From Christensenellales bacterium (GTDB lineage Bacteria > Bacillota > Clostridia > Christensenellales > UMGS416), in contig JBMNEH010000001.1 of the NCBI GenBank assembly GCA_050948665.1, positions 1,723,813 to 1,787,812 on the forward strand: a stretch of 64,000 nucleotides of DNA, read 5' to 3'. Shown here piece after piece: positions 45,446 to 56,142 of the stretch (positions are counted from its first letter, which is position 1; each line of letters begins with the position of its first letter). The position numbers and the translations under genes are program-made. The notes under the pieces were generated by a model. It had not been told where the DNA came from, ran no database searches, and worked only from the letters and a program-made list of their open reading frames with translations.

Positions 45446-46810
45446 TTAAACTCTCTCACCCACCGGTTCCTCATCCAGCAACTCGTGCAGGATTCGGGCA
45501 GTACCCCGCGTCAACTGTATGGGGTGGGGCGCGGTGTAGAACACTTCATTCTCCTCACAACACCACCAACCAAAAATATCTTCCATCACTTCCCGCACAG
45601 GGATGTAAAAGCAGCCTGATATATGCGCAGACTGGCGCTTAAAGGAGACATACCGTCCGTCCACTTTATAAAGAAGGCTACGTCCGTAAAACTCAACTTT
45701 TCGTCCGTCCGCCAACTCCGCAACAGCGTTCCCGGCGTAACCATCCACGGTGACCTTTGCTCCCAGTCTCTCCAGCACACCGATGGGCGCCATCATGACC
45801 GGTGTCGTCCACATTTCACCGATTTTCACCTGCACACTTCCCTCCCGGATATCGCTGTTCATAAGGTAACGGGGGCGGGCGTTAGGCGCCGTATCGATGG
45901 AAATAAGTTCCCTGTTTTTATACATCCGGCTGCTCCCGCAGACCAGCGCAAAGGCATCCGCATCCGCACGGAGCGGATTAACCGGCCGGGAACGGACAAT
46001 CCCTTCTTCGGTACGGCGAAAGCCGGTGTAGAAAGCTTCCCATAAAAAGGACGGCATATGAGGCAACACTCTGTGTCCCATATCCGCAATCTCCCAGTAG
46101 AACAAGTCGCTGTCATTCCCTGTATACCATACATAGTTATCCTTTCCGTAGATGCATATCTGCGGCACGGCATCGACACGGTTCCTCTCCATCCAGGCAT
46201 GACGGTTCTCGTCGTTATACTTCTCTCGAAGGGCATAAGGATCGGTCTCACCAGAGACACCTATGGCGAGCACATCTTTCTCTCCTCGCATTTGCAGCGC
46301 AGGTAATTCACCCGACAGTTCGGAGGGAAAGCGCTCTGTAAAGGTAGGGCCGGTCATATATCCAGCGGAGGCAAGCATTTCCGGATAACGAGCGGCAAAA
46401 GAAAGGGTCATCATATCTCCGTTAGACATTCCCTGCATATAGATACGGGAGGCATCGATGCGGTATTTCTGTTTCATTCGCTTGATTAACCGGTACAGAT
46501 AGGTTATATCCCCCTCATCACATTTCCAGTGGAGGAATCCGGGAGAGGTTGGGTATACCGCAATAAACCCGTATTTCTCCGCGGGCAGGTACCAGGGGAC
46601 ATACCGGATAAAGTCTTTAGGATCGGAATTTCCCCCATGCAGTTCCACAACAAGGGGTACCGAATATTCTCCTGTATAGCCGGAGGGAACATACTCAAAC
46701 CAAACATTATTTTGCCCCGGTACCAGTGATTCCCTTACCTCCAGAAAGGGCACTGCCGGTTCCGGCAGAATTTGCCAGGTTTCCAGATTTTTGCGTGTGA
46801 CAGGAAACAT
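45446..46810 (-). CDS. Alpha/beta-hydrolase esterase (PHB-depolymerase/LpqC-like) with C-terminal copper-amine-oxidase-N-like stalk domain
   Basis: VELHGG...GMSNGDMM nucleophile elbow. The C-terminus (VLERLGAKVTVDG...LLYKVDGRYV) resembles the stalk domain. Confidence 0.65.
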   Translation of the reverse strand: MFPVTRKNLETWQILPEPAVPFLEVRESLVPGQNNVWFEYVPSGYTGEYSVPLVVELHGGNSDPKDFIRYVPWYLPAEKYGFIAVYPTSPGFLHWKCDEGDITYLYRLIKRMKQKYRIDASRIYMQGMSNGDMMTLSFAARYPEMLASAGYMTGPTFTERFPSELSGELPALQMRGEKDVLAIGVSGETDPYALREKYNDENRHAWMERNRVDAVPQICIYGKDNYVWYTGNDSDLFYWEIADMGHRVLPHMPSFLWEAFYTGFRRTEEGIVRSRPVNPLRADADAFALVCGSSRMYKNRELISIDTAPNARPRYLMNSDIREGSVQVKIGEMWTTPVMMAPIGVLERLGAKVTVDGYAGNAVAELADGRKVEFYGRSLLYKVDGRYVSFKRQSAHISGCFYIPVREVMEDIFGWWCCEENEVFYTAPHPIQLTRGTARILHELLDEEPVGERV

Positions 46811-46945
46811 GCCTACCTCCTTGTAAATTCTATACCATCATTGTAACAGTACAAAACTGATGTTCTCATAGAGATGTTTGACGAAAACGAACACGAATTT
46901 GACCTGTTAAAAAAGCCGGCACAACGCCGACTACTTCCTAAATCG

Positions 46946-48331
46946 TTATTTCCCGTCAGAATATGAGGGAGTGTCCGTCAGCATTCCATTTATTCTATCT
47001 ATGGTGCCTGCGCCCAAGGTAATCACCAGATCTCCGACCTGCACTCCGGCACGTACCTTTTCGGTACAGACCGGGAAACTGTCGACATATAAGGCATCTA
47101 TCCCCCTTGTCTGAAGTGCTTCCGCCAGCACTTGTGAGGAAATATCACCCGGGTCGGCTTCTCTGGCAGCGTAAATACCGGTAATATAGAGGCGGTCCGC
47201 ATCACCGAAAGCATTAAGCCAGTCCTCAAATAAGAGTTTTGTCCTGGAATACGTATGGGGCTGGAATATGCACCAGATTCGCCCGGATGCCATCTTCCGC
47301 GCCATAGCGAGTGTTGCCGTGACCTCATCCGGATGGTGGGCGTAATCATGATACACCGGCACTTCTCCTATGATGCCTACCCTCTCCATACGCCTCTTCA
47401 TACCGCTGAAAGCAGCAATACGCCCGGCAATGGCCGCTGGCTCCGCACCCAACTTCACCGCCATGACAAAAGCTGCAAGCGCATTCAAAACGTTATGTGC
47501 ACCGGGAATCCCCAGTTGAAGAACGGCCACACGAGCGCCGTCATGATAGACGGAAAATGCGTAGAAGCCTTTCTCTTCCCGGATATCTACCGCCTGCCAG
47601 TCGCAGTCAGGGGTGCGCCCGTATGTTTCCGTATGGCAGGGTGCGTTTTCCAGCACCTCCTGTACCCGCTGATCCTCCCCGTATCCCAATATATACCCGT
47701 CTGCAGGATGCGAGGCGGCATACCTGGCAAAGGATTCTTGAATGCGGTCCAACGTGCCGAAATAGTCCAAATGATCCGGACGGATATTTAAAATAACGGA
47801 ATGGGTGGGACGCATCTCCAAGAAAGAATCCCTATATTCGCACGCCTCTGCCACCAGCAGGTCTTTTCCTCCCATTTTCCCTGCTGCGCCTATCAACGGC
47901 AATACTCCCCCCAAGTGAATCGTAGGACGGAAGCCCTCCGTTTCCATGATATATGCCAACATGCCGGAGGTAGTGGTTTTCCCGTGGGTACCAGATATGC
48001 AGGCAACCTTGGGATACCGAGCCATTACGTCCCCCAACAGGGTTCCCCGGGACAGCATGGGAATGCCCCTTTCCAGAGCGGCAATATACTCCGGGTTTTC
48101 TTCATCGATAGCGGCGTTATAAATCAATGCGTCCACTCCCTCCAGGTGGGAGGCATCATGACCTGTTCTGGAAGGGATGCCATGCGCCCGGAGCATCACC
48201 AGCACATTGCTCTCCGATTGATCACAACCGGAAACATTGTATCCCCAGCCCTGCATATACAGCGCCAGAGTGCTCATACTGACGCCTCCGATTCCCATAA
48301 AATGCAGACTGGCCCCCTCTTTTATATCCAT
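46946..48331 (-). CDS. murC: UDP-N-acetylmuramate--L-alanine ligase
   Basis: HFMGIGGVSMS, GTHGKTTT, Mur ligase middle and C-terminal domains. Confidence 0.92.
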   Translation of the reverse strand: MDIKEGASLHFMGIGGVSMSTLALYMQGWGYNVSGCDQSESNVLVMLRAHGIPSRTGHDASHLEGVDALIYNAAIDEENPEYIAALERGIPMLSRGTLLGDVMARYPKVACISGTHGKTTTSGMLAYIMETEGFRPTIHLGGVLPLIGAAGKMGGKDLLVAEACEYRDSFLEMRPTHSVILNIRPDHLDYFGTLDRIQESFARYAASHPADGYILGYGEDQRVQEVLENAPCHTETYGRTPDCDWQAVDIREEKGFYAFSVYHDGARVAVLQLGIPGAHNVLNALAAFVMAVKLGAEPAAIAGRIAAFSGMKRRMERVGIIGEVPVYHDYAHHPDEVTATLAMARKMASGRIWCIFQPHTYSRTKLLFEDWLNAFGDADRLYITGIYAAREADPGDISSQVLAEALQTRGIDALYVDSFPVCTEKVRAGVQVGDLVITLGAGTIDRINGMLTDTPSYSDGK

Positions 48332-48463
48332 CCTGTATACCCTTTCACACCGCTATCCTAGCGGACGATACTATTATACACAGAGACATGCCAATAAATC
48401 AAGAATGCGAACAGAAAATGAATATTGCACTCGAAAAGACTGGATTTATTATTAAAAACCGAT

Positions 48464-48492
48464 TATAATGACGTTGGAAAAATCCGAACATT
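48464..48492 (+). promoter_or_regulatory. Putative purR promoter -10 box plus PurBox-like operator
   Basis: TATAAT at 48464-48469. AAATCCGAACATT at 48480-48492 matches the B. subtilis PurBox consensus as I recall it (AWWWCCGAACWWT). It is embedded in the palindrome CCGAACATTCGG. Confidence 0.5.
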
Positions 48493-48511
48493 CGGTTTTA
48501 GGAGATGTGCT

Positions 48512-49333
48512 GTGGAAAAAATAAAACGGAGCGAACGGGTTAGCGCTATGATAAAGATACTGTCTGATACACCCAACCGTATTTATACGTTGGGCTATTT
48601 TTCTGAACTGTTCGGCGCAGCCAAGTCTACCATCAGTGAAGACATTGACCAGGCGCAGGGGATACTGGATCGATTTAAATTGGGAAGGTTAGAAACCGTC
48701 ACAGGTGCCGCAGGAGGTGTACGATATCTTCCCCTTCTTCAACCGGATGAGATGATGCACTTCCGAAACGAACTGTGTATGCGTCTGTCTGATCCGGACA
48801 GGATCCTCCCCGGTGGTTTTCTCTACATGGTGGATATACTTTGCAGCCCCGTACTTGCCGGGAAAATGGGGGAAATCATGGCATCCTGGTACGCAGGCCA
48901 GCATCCGGATTTTGTCATCACGGTAGAGACAAAAGGGATCCCCGTGGCGTTCATGGTAGCCCGCACACTGAACCTACCCCTGATGATTGCCCGGCGTGAC
49001 GCCCGGATTACCGATGGTTCCGTGGTGGCGATCAATTATGTCTCCGGTTCCAACCGGCGCATACAAACCATGTCCATGCCAAAGCGGAACATCAAGCAGG
49101 GACAACGCGCATTGCTTATCGACGACTTTATGAAGGGCGGAGGCACGGCAAAAGGTATGATCGATATGATGCACGAGTTTTCCGTGCAGGTGGTAGGTAT
49201 AGGCGTTGTAGTGTCCACTGCGCAACCTGAGCACAAAATGGTTCGAGATTACCGAAGTATCTTTACTCTGAACAATGTGGACGAAATAGCCCGTCGGGTG
49301 GACATCCGCCTGACGCCCGAAATCAGGAGGTAA
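48512..49333 (+). CDS. purR: Purine operon repressor PurR
   Basis: (M)EKIKRSERVSAMIKIL...FSELFGAAKSTISEDI...TGAAGGVRYLP plus a PRT-fold C-terminus (LLIDDFMKGGGT). GTG start lies 7 nt after AGGAG. Confidence 0.87.
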   Translation: MEKIKRSERVSAMIKILSDTPNRIYTLGYFSELFGAAKSTISEDIDQAQGILDRFKLGRLETVTGAAGGVRYLPLLQPDEMMHFRNELCMRLSDPDRILPGGFLYMVDILCSPVLAGKMGEIMASWYAGQHPDFVITVETKGIPVAFMVARTLNLPLMIARRDARITDGSVVAINYVSGSNRRIQTMSMPKRNIKQGQRALLIDDFMKGGGTAKGMIDMMHEFSVQVVGIGVVVSTAQPEHKMVRDYRSIFTLNNVDEIARRVDIRLTPEIRR

Positions 49334-49334
49334 C

Positions 49335-50699
49335 ATGAAGGCAAAGGTGATTATTTTAGCAGCAGGGGAAGGAAAACGGATGAGATCCTCCCTGGCCAAA
49401 CCTCTGCTGCCGGTCTGCGGAAGACCCATGCTTGAGTGGGTCATGGAGGCTGCCTCCGTACTGGACACCGACCCTGTGGTCGTTGTAGGACACGGCAGAG
49501 AGCAACTTATCAATAAATATCCCCACCTTACTTTTGCTGTACAGGACCCGCCGAAAGGAACCGGCCATGCCGTGATGATGGCGGAACCCTGGTTGGAAGA
49601 CGATGCCACGGCTGTGATCCTGGCCGGAGACACTCCACTGATACCCAAAGAACTGTTGCAGCAGATGACGGAGACAATGCATGCCCGGGGATGCGCCGGC
49701 ACACTGTTGGTAGCCGAGTTGGAGGATCCCTCCGGTTACGGCCGTATCCTTACCGACTTTGACGGCCATGTGACCGGGATCGTCGAACATAAAGATGCCA
49801 CGGAAGAACAACGAAAAATCAGGCTCATCAACACCTTATGCTGCTGTTTCCGTGGAGATTTGTTAAAAAAATACCTCCACCGGCTCACGAATCACAACAT
49901 TCAGGGGGAATACTACCTTACGGATGTTGTGGGTATGCTGGTACAGGATGGGTATACCGTGGGGTATACCCTATGTCCCGATCCCGACGCCGCAATGGGG
50001 GTAAACGACCGGGTACAGTTGGCGAACGCCGAAAAGGCTGTACGAAAGCGCATCAACACCCGCTGGATGCTGGAGGGTGTGACAATGATAGACCCGGAAA
50101 GAATCTGTATTGGTCCTGAAGTCATCTTAGAAAAAGATACCGTAATCTATCCGGATAATATTCTGGAGGGGCGTACAACCGTGGGCCGCGGCTGCATTCT
50201 ATACCCCGGCTCCCACCTGAAGGACACCCGTATAGGGGACGAGGTTCAGGTACGAGCAGCGGTGACGGACGGAGCGGTCATCGGGAACAGGACAATGGTG
50301 GGGCCCTTTGCCTATCTCCGACCAGGTACCGTTATCGGTGAAGAATGCCGTATCGGTGATTTTGTGGAGGTGAAGAACTCCACTTTGGGTGACGGTACAA
50401 AACTCTCTCACCTGAGTTATGTGGGAGATGCCGACGTAGGAAAAGATGTTAACATCGGTTGCGGTGTAGTGTTCAGCAACTATGACGGAACGAATAAGTA
50501 TCACACCACGGTGGAAGATGGCGTCTTTATCGGAGGAAACACCAACCTTGTGGCACCGGTTACTTTGGGTGAGGGTGCATATACCGCTGCCGGAAGTACC
50601 ATAACCGAAGACGTGCCGCCCCGCGCCTTGGCAATTGCCCGGACACGACAGGTGAACAAAACCGGCTGGGTCTCCAGGTACACTCGGAAGGAGCATTAA
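49335..50699 (+). CDS. glmU: Bifunctional UDP-GlcNAc pyrophosphorylase / GlcN-1-P N-acetyltransferase
   Basis: ILAAGEGKRM, a left-handed beta-helix hexapeptide-repeat C-terminus, 454 aa. Confidence 0.95.
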   Translation: MKAKVIILAAGEGKRMRSSLAKPLLPVCGRPMLEWVMEAASVLDTDPVVVVGHGREQLINKYPHLTFAVQDPPKGTGHAVMMAEPWLEDDATAVILAGDTPLIPKELLQQMTETMHARGCAGTLLVAELEDPSGYGRILTDFDGHVTGIVEHKDATEEQRKIRLINTLCCCFRGDLLKKYLHRLTNHNIQGEYYLTDVVGMLVQDGYTVGYTLCPDPDAAMGVNDRVQLANAEKAVRKRINTRWMLEGVTMIDPERICIGPEVILEKDTVIYPDNILEGRTTVGRGCILYPGSHLKDTRIGDEVQVRAAVTDGAVIGNRTMVGPFAYLRPGTVIGEECRIGDFVEVKNSTLGDGTKLSHLSYVGDADVGKDVNIGCGVVFSNYDGTNKYHTTVEDGVFIGGNTNLVAPVTLGEGAYTAAGSTITEDVPPRALAIARTRQVNKTGWVSRYTRKEH

Positions 50700-50703
50700 G
50701 TAT

Positions 50704-51276
50704 ATGCTTTTAATTGTTGGGCTGGGAAACCCCGGGCCGAACTACCGGGATAACCGCCATAACATGGGTTACCAAGTGGTAGAACTGCTGTCTTCCCGAT
50801 GGAATATCCCTCTTAAAGAAGAAAAGAAATTTCATGGTATGGTAGGAAAAGGCGCAGTGGAAGGTAAAAAGGCCATGCTGGCGCAGCCTACTACCTATAT
50901 GAATAACTCGGGTACCTGTGTTTCTGCGCTGATGCGCTATCTGAGCCTGCCCACAGCGGAACTGTTGGTCATCTATGACGATGTTGACCTCCCCATCGGT
51001 CGGCTCCGTATGCGGATAAACGGCTCAGCGGGCAGCCATAACGGTATGAAATCCGTGATAGAGCATTTGAAGGTCAGTGATTTCCTCAGGTTGCGGGTAG
51101 GTATCGGGCAGCAACCCGAGGGCTGGGACCTAGCAGATTATGTGCTGGGTAATCCGACTGCGGAGGAAAAAAAATTGCTGCTGCCTGCGTTGGCCAAGGC
51201 AGCGGATGTAGTTGATATCTTGATAAAGGTGAATCTTGACCGGGCAATAGAGACCGCCAATCGGAGCGATTTATGA
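50704..51276 (+). CDS. pth: Peptidyl-tRNA hydrolase
   Basis: LIVGLGNPG..Y...RHN.G, GSHNGMKS. Confidence 0.95.
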   Translation: MLLIVGLGNPGPNYRDNRHNMGYQVVELLSSRWNIPLKEEKKFHGMVGKGAVEGKKAMLAQPTTYMNNSGTCVSALMRYLSLPTAELLVIYDDVDLPIGRLRMRINGSAGSHNGMKSVIEHLKVSDFLRLRVGIGQQPEGWDLADYVLGNPTAEEKKLLLPALAKAADVVDILIKVNLDRAIETANRSDL

Positions 51277-54200
51277 TAAAACATCCAAAGGCATGGCTAG
51301 GTCCTCTGTATGACAGTGCCCTATGGGCAAGATTGGAGCCGGCACTGCGAGAAAAGACTCTTCCGTGCACTTTGCAAGGGGTTGCGGAGGGACAAAAACC
51401 GCATCTTGCCGCCGCAATAGCAGCTACGGGACGTCAGGTGCTATTGATCGCGTCCTCCGAGGAAGCCTCACAACGGCTGTATGAAGATGCCAAGCGGCTA
51501 GCTGGTGAAATTGTCCTGCGCTATCCCGCCCGTTCAGTGACACTATATACCGCCAAGGCAGCCAGCCAGGAGCTATATCGCCGACGTATACAGGTGCTCG
51601 GTGAACTCCTTGCCGGTCGAGCAGGGCTAATTGTAGCTTCTGTTGACGCCCTCATTCCCCGCCTTCCTCCTGTGGAAGCCTTTCGTCAAGCTATATTGAC
51701 CATACAAGCAGGGAGAGTTTATGACCTGTCCAAATTGGCTGCCTTCCTATCCTCAGCAGGATATACCCGCCAGCTGCCCGTAGAAACACCGGGAGAGTTT
51801 AACATTCATGGCTACATACTTGATATTTTCCCCATCGGTGAGGAACAACCGGTTCGAGTGGAATTCTTTGACGAAGAGGTGGACACACTGCGACGATTTG
51901 ATCCGGTTACCCAACGTTCGACCGAGAACCTGGAAGCTATCCGCATTCTGCCTGCAATAGAAATGCCGCTCTCTCCGAAAATGCTGCAATCTGGCATACT
52001 CGCTTTGCAGCAGCAGCGGCGGGAAGCCGTGACCCAGTTGCGGAAACGACATACCGGGCAAACCGCCTACCGCCGCACCGCTCGTCCGGAAGAAGACATT
52101 GCTGAGAAACTGACGCATCTTGTAGACAGCAATATCGAAAGACTGCTGACCCAAGGTTTTTATCGGGGAATGGAAAACGAAATTGCCTGTTTCTACCCAC
52201 AGTCTGCCGACCTAGCAGATTATATGAAGAATCCGCTAATACTGTTGGACGAGCCTCTGCATTGCCGGGAGCGGTGCGATAATATTGCGCTGGAGTTTTA
52301 CCGTTCCCTGGAATCCGCAGAGGAAAGCGGCACAGTGCTGCCGATCCATCGCACCCTTGTTCCGGAGGGAAATACCTGGATACAGACGTACCGGAGCCGA
52401 GATGTGGTTTCCCTCCACACATTGACCACACAGGATTTACTGTTGCCCGCTCTTGTGATACCGGTCGACAGTAAGGGAATGCAAACCTTCCGGGGGAATT
52501 TCGATGCGTTGCGTAAAGAGCTGGAAACCTGGAAAGCACTGCAATACAGGATTCTTCTGGCAGCCGGCAGTGAAAAGCGGGCGCAACAACTTGCAAAATC
52601 TCTGGAAGAGTTTCGAATTTATCTACATGTCCTTCGGGAGGATCGGGAACTGGAGCCCGGGGAAGCGCTTATCACCCCGCAAAGTCTTGCTACAGGCTTT
52701 GTTTGCGATGTTTCGCGCCTGGCAGTACTCGGTGAGAGGGAAATATACGGCATCATCCGCAATATACCGTCAAAACGCAGAAAGAATCCTCTTGCACAGG
52801 ATCTGTTTTCAGATATTCGTCCAGGGGATTATATTGTTCATGAATTTCACGGTATCGGTCTTTATAACGGTGTGGTCAAGCTCACCAGCGAAGGCATTTC
52901 CAGAGATTATATCAAAATCACATACAAAGATGAGGACATACTATATGTCCCCACAGAACAGATAGACAGGGTACAAAAGTATATCGGCCAAGAAGGCCGG
53001 GGGCCTGTTATAAACCGGCTTGGGGGGCAGGAATGGCGACGTACCCGGGGAAAAGTGAAAAAGGCCATCCGGGATATGGCAGATGAACTTTTAAAGCTTT
53101 ATGCCGCCAGGCAGATTGCTCCGGGCTTTGCTTTCAGCAAGGATACTCCTTGGCAAAGACAGTTTGAAGACCGCTTTCTTTTTGAGGAAACACCGGATCA
53201 ACTCCAATGCATTGAGGAGATCAAGGATGACATGGAGTCAGACCGGGTAATGGACCGGCTTCTTTGCGGTGATGTAGGCTATGGAAAGACCGAGGTAGCC
53301 CTTAGGGCAATTTTCAAGGCAGTTATGGATAAAAAGCAGGTTGCTTTTCTTGCTCCTACCACCATACTCGCCCAGCAGCACTATCAGACAATGCTCGATC
53401 GTTTTGAAGGCTTCCCCATTAGGGTGGGGCTGCTTTCTCGTTTCCGCTCCCCTGGAGAAATAAAATACACTCTTGCCGAGTTGGCCGCCGGAGCGATGGA
53501 TGTGGTCACAGGTACCCACCGCCTTCTGAGCGAAGACGTAAAATTCCGCGATCTCGGGCTATTGGTAATCGATGAGGAGCAGCGCTTCGGCGTGGCACAT
53601 AAAGAAAAAATCAAAAAACTACGGCATAACGTGGACGTGCTGACGCTTTCTGCTACGCCTATTCCACGCACATTGAATATGTCTATGATTGGTCTCCGGG
53701 ATATATCCGTCATTGATACGCCTCCGGAGGAGCGGTTTCCGGTTCAGACATTGGTTACGGAGTATGATGAAAATATGGTTCGGGATGCCATTCTGCGTGA
53801 AATCAGCCGGGGCGGACAGGTATACTTTGTTTATAATAAGGTAGAATCCATCGACATCATGCGGGAGAAACTTCAGGATTTGGTGCCGGAAGCCAAGATC
53901 GAAGTGGGACATGGGCAAATGGCTGAGAACCGGCTGGAGAAAGCCATGCTTCGTGTATTAAGCGGAGAAGCGGATATCTTTCTCTGCACCACGATTATTG
54001 AAAACGGTCTGGATATTCCCCGGGTCAATACGATTATCATCTATGACGCGGATCATTTCGGCTTGTCCCAGCTGTATCAGATACGGGGCCGTGTAGGCCG
54101 TTCAAACCGTATTGCGTATGCCTACTTCACATATCAACCCCGGAAGGTACTCAATGAAGCGGCAGAAAAACGGTTGACTGCCATACGTGAGTTCACGGAG

Positions 54201-54836
54201 CTTGGCAGTGGCTTTAAGGTTGCTATGAGAGATTTGGAAATCCGCGGCACCGGGAACCTGTTGGGATCCCAGCAAAGCGGCTTTATGGTCTCTGTGGGCT
54301 ATGGTCTGTACTGCAAAATGATCGAAGAAGCCGTGGCGATCCTCAAAGGTGCCCCGGAAGCAGCCGTTCCCGAGCCTGTTATTGAACTTCGTACCGACGC
54401 GAATATACCCGACACCTATGTACCGGGAGAAACCGCGCGGCTGGATTTGTACAGGCGTATATCCGACATCCGCACGGAGGAAGATTGCTCTGAGTTGGTG
54501 GATGAGATGATGGATCGGTTCGGTGATCCGCCGCCCTCTGTCCTTCGACTGACGAAGGTGGCGCTGCTCCGAGGTCTGTGCATGCGCTGCGGGATCGAAA
54601 AGCTGACGGAATTTTCCAATGCTCTCCATCTTCGGCTGATTCCCAAAGCACCGCTGGACCCGGGGAAGTTATTAGCTCTTGTTATGAGTGAAGAAAGTCA
54701 TTTGTCCATAGTCTCCAGTTCCGCCCCCCTGCTGAAATTTCGAATCTCGGAAAACGATACCCGAAGCCGCTTGGATATCGCGCTGTCGATTTGTTCACAA
54801 ATAATTCTTTGCACTACGGAAGAACATTTGTTATAA
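51273..54836 (+). CDS. mfd: Transcription-repair coupling factor
   Basis: 1187 aa with a CarD-like domain, the helicase motifs GDVGYGKTEVA, DEEQRFG and RGRVGRS, and a TRCF C-terminal domain. ATGA overlap with pth. Confidence 0.95.
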   Translation: MIKHPKAWLGPLYDSALWARLEPALREKTLPCTLQGVAEGQKPHLAAAIAATGRQVLLIASSEEASQRLYEDAKRLAGEIVLRYPARSVTLYTAKAASQELYRRRIQVLGELLAGRAGLIVASVDALIPRLPPVEAFRQAILTIQAGRVYDLSKLAAFLSSAGYTRQLPVETPGEFNIHGYILDIFPIGEEQPVRVEFFDEEVDTLRRFDPVTQRSTENLEAIRILPAIEMPLSPKMLQSGILALQQQRREAVTQLRKRHTGQTAYRRTARPEEDIAEKLTHLVDSNIERLLTQGFYRGMENEIACFYPQSADLADYMKNPLILLDEPLHCRERCDNIALEFYRSLESAEESGTVLPIHRTLVPEGNTWIQTYRSRDVVSLHTLTTQDLLLPALVIPVDSKGMQTFRGNFDALRKELETWKALQYRILLAAGSEKRAQQLAKSLEEFRIYLHVLREDRELEPGEALITPQSLATGFVCDVSRLAVLGEREIYGIIRNIPSKRRKNPLAQDLFSDIRPGDYIVHEFHGIGLYNGVVKLTSEGISRDYIKITYKDEDILYVPTEQIDRVQKYIGQEGRGPVINRLGGQEWRRTRGKVKKAIRDMADELLKLYAARQIAPGFAFSKDTPWQRQFEDRFLFEETPDQLQCIEEIKDDMESDRVMDRLLCGDVGYGKTEVALRAIFKAVMDKKQVAFLAPTTILAQQHYQTMLDRFEGFPIRVGLLSRFRSPGEIKYTLAELAAGAMDVVTGTHRLLSEDVKFRDLGLLVIDEEQRFGVAHKEKIKKLRHNVDVLTLSATPIPRTLNMSMIGLRDISVIDTPPEERFPVQTLVTEYDENMVRDAILREISRGGQVYFVYNKVESIDIMREKLQDLVPEAKIEVGHGQMAENRLEKAMLRVLSGEADIFLCTTIIENGLDIPRVNTIIIYDADHFGLSQLYQIRGRVGRSNRIAYAYFTYQPRKVLNEAAEKRLTAIREFTELGSGFKVAMRDLEIRGTGNLLGSQQSGFMVSVGYGLYCKMIEEAVAILKGAPEAAVPEPVIELRTDANIPDTYVPGETARLDLYRRISDIRTEEDCSELVDEMMDRFGDPPPSVLRLTKVALLRGLCMRCGIEKLTEFSNALHLRLIPKAPLDPGKLLALVMSEESHLSIVSSSAPLLKFRISENDTRSRLDIALSICSQIILCTTEEHLL

Positions 54837-54877
54837 TAGCATGAGCGTAAACCGACCGTAACGAAAGGACGCGTGTT

Positions 54878-56101
54878 ATGTCATTGAAAAAAGGACTTTG
54901 TGCTCTATTGGCTGTACTGTGTTTATTCTGTCTTATAAGCTGCAAACTGGTGCGGATAAACAAGGAACGGGATGCTGCGCAGGTTGTGGCGATTGTTGAA
55001 GGACATAAGATTCTGAAGGGCGAGTATTTACAGGCGCTTCGTTCTGCCCTGGCGCAATATGGGATGACTGAAGAAGATCTGGATTCCGCGGATTATGCCA
55101 GCATTGCCGAAACTTTCCGAGTCCAGGTGTTGGATATGGTAATAGAGCAAAAGGTCCAGCTGATCAAGGCAGCGGAACTAGGACTGGATCAGCTGACCGA
55201 TGAGGACTATGCCGCCATACAGGAAGATATTGATTCTCTCCTTTCCTCCATGCTGGAGGGCCAGAAAGCCACCATCGCTGCCGAGAACGGCACGCTTTCA
55301 GAGGAACAGATCGCTGAACAGGCCGAAATTGCCGTACAAGCCTTTCGGGATGAAAACGGCTATACCGATGCGTACCTGCATACCTATTATACAAACCTGA
55401 AAATTGTGGAAAAGGTAAAGGACTACCTGATTCAAGATGTATCCATCACGGACGATACCGTCTACTCCTCTTGGGCAAGCAAGTGTGACGACGCAAAATC
55501 CTCTTATTCCAGCGATCCGACTGCTTTCGTTGCCGATCTCAACGATAATAACACTATCTATTATTATAACGAGGAGACCCACAGGGTAAAGCACATCCTG
55601 CTGAAACTGTCCGAAGAGGATATCTCCGAAATCACCTCTCTTCGCAAGAATGAAGGCGACGAAGCCGCTGACACCCTTCGGGAAGAGAGACTTGCCAGAT
55701 TAACCGACAAGCTGGCCGAGGTGCAGGAAAAGCTGGGAGAAGCCCCCGATAAAGAAACCTTTGACGCAGTGATGCAGGAACATTCCGAGGACACCGGCCT
55801 TGCCTCTTATCCCGACGGGTACCTGCTCTGCGCAAGCAGCACCCAATACATGCCTGAATTCACCAAGGGCGGTATGGCGCTTAAAAATGAAGGGAACACC
55901 TCTGTGATATCTACAGATTACGGCTACCACATTCTGTATTTGGATAAAGTGTGGAGTATGGGTGTCGTTCCTTATGATGATATAAAAGAGGCTCTCCGAT
56001 TAGAACTGGAAACCGAGAAGAAGAATGAAACCTATTACACGGCGGTAGATTTCTGGTGGGATGCTATGGAGGTCACTACCTATCCCAAGAGGCTGGGCTG
56101 A
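54878..56101 (+). CDS. PrsA/SurA-like peptidyl-prolyl isomerase lipoprotein
   Basis: Lipobox LISC, a parvulin-like core (HILLKL...GYHILYL), position downstream of mfd. Confidence 0.78.
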   Translation: MSLKKGLCALLAVLCLFCLISCKLVRINKERDAAQVVAIVEGHKILKGEYLQALRSALAQYGMTEEDLDSADYASIAETFRVQVLDMVIEQKVQLIKAAELGLDQLTDEDYAAIQEDIDSLLSSMLEGQKATIAAENGTLSEEQIAEQAEIAVQAFRDENGYTDAYLHTYYTNLKIVEKVKDYLIQDVSITDDTVYSSWASKCDDAKSSYSSDPTAFVADLNDNNTIYYYNEETHRVKHILLKLSEEDISEITSLRKNEGDEAADTLREERLARLTDKLAEVQEKLGEAPDKETFDAVMQEHSEDTGLASYPDGYLLCASSTQYMPEFTKGGMALKNEGNTSVISTDYGYHILYLDKVWSMGVVPYDDIKEALRLELETEKKNETYYTAVDFWWDAMEVTTYPKRLG

Positions 56102-56105
56102 GCAT

Positions 56106-56142
56106 AAAAGAACCCCGGGTCGATACCCCGGGGTTCTTTTTT
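56106..56142. terminator. Bidirectional terminator
   Basis: AAAA GAACCCCGGG TCGATAC CCCGGGGTTC TTTTTT, between convergent genes. Confidence 0.7.
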
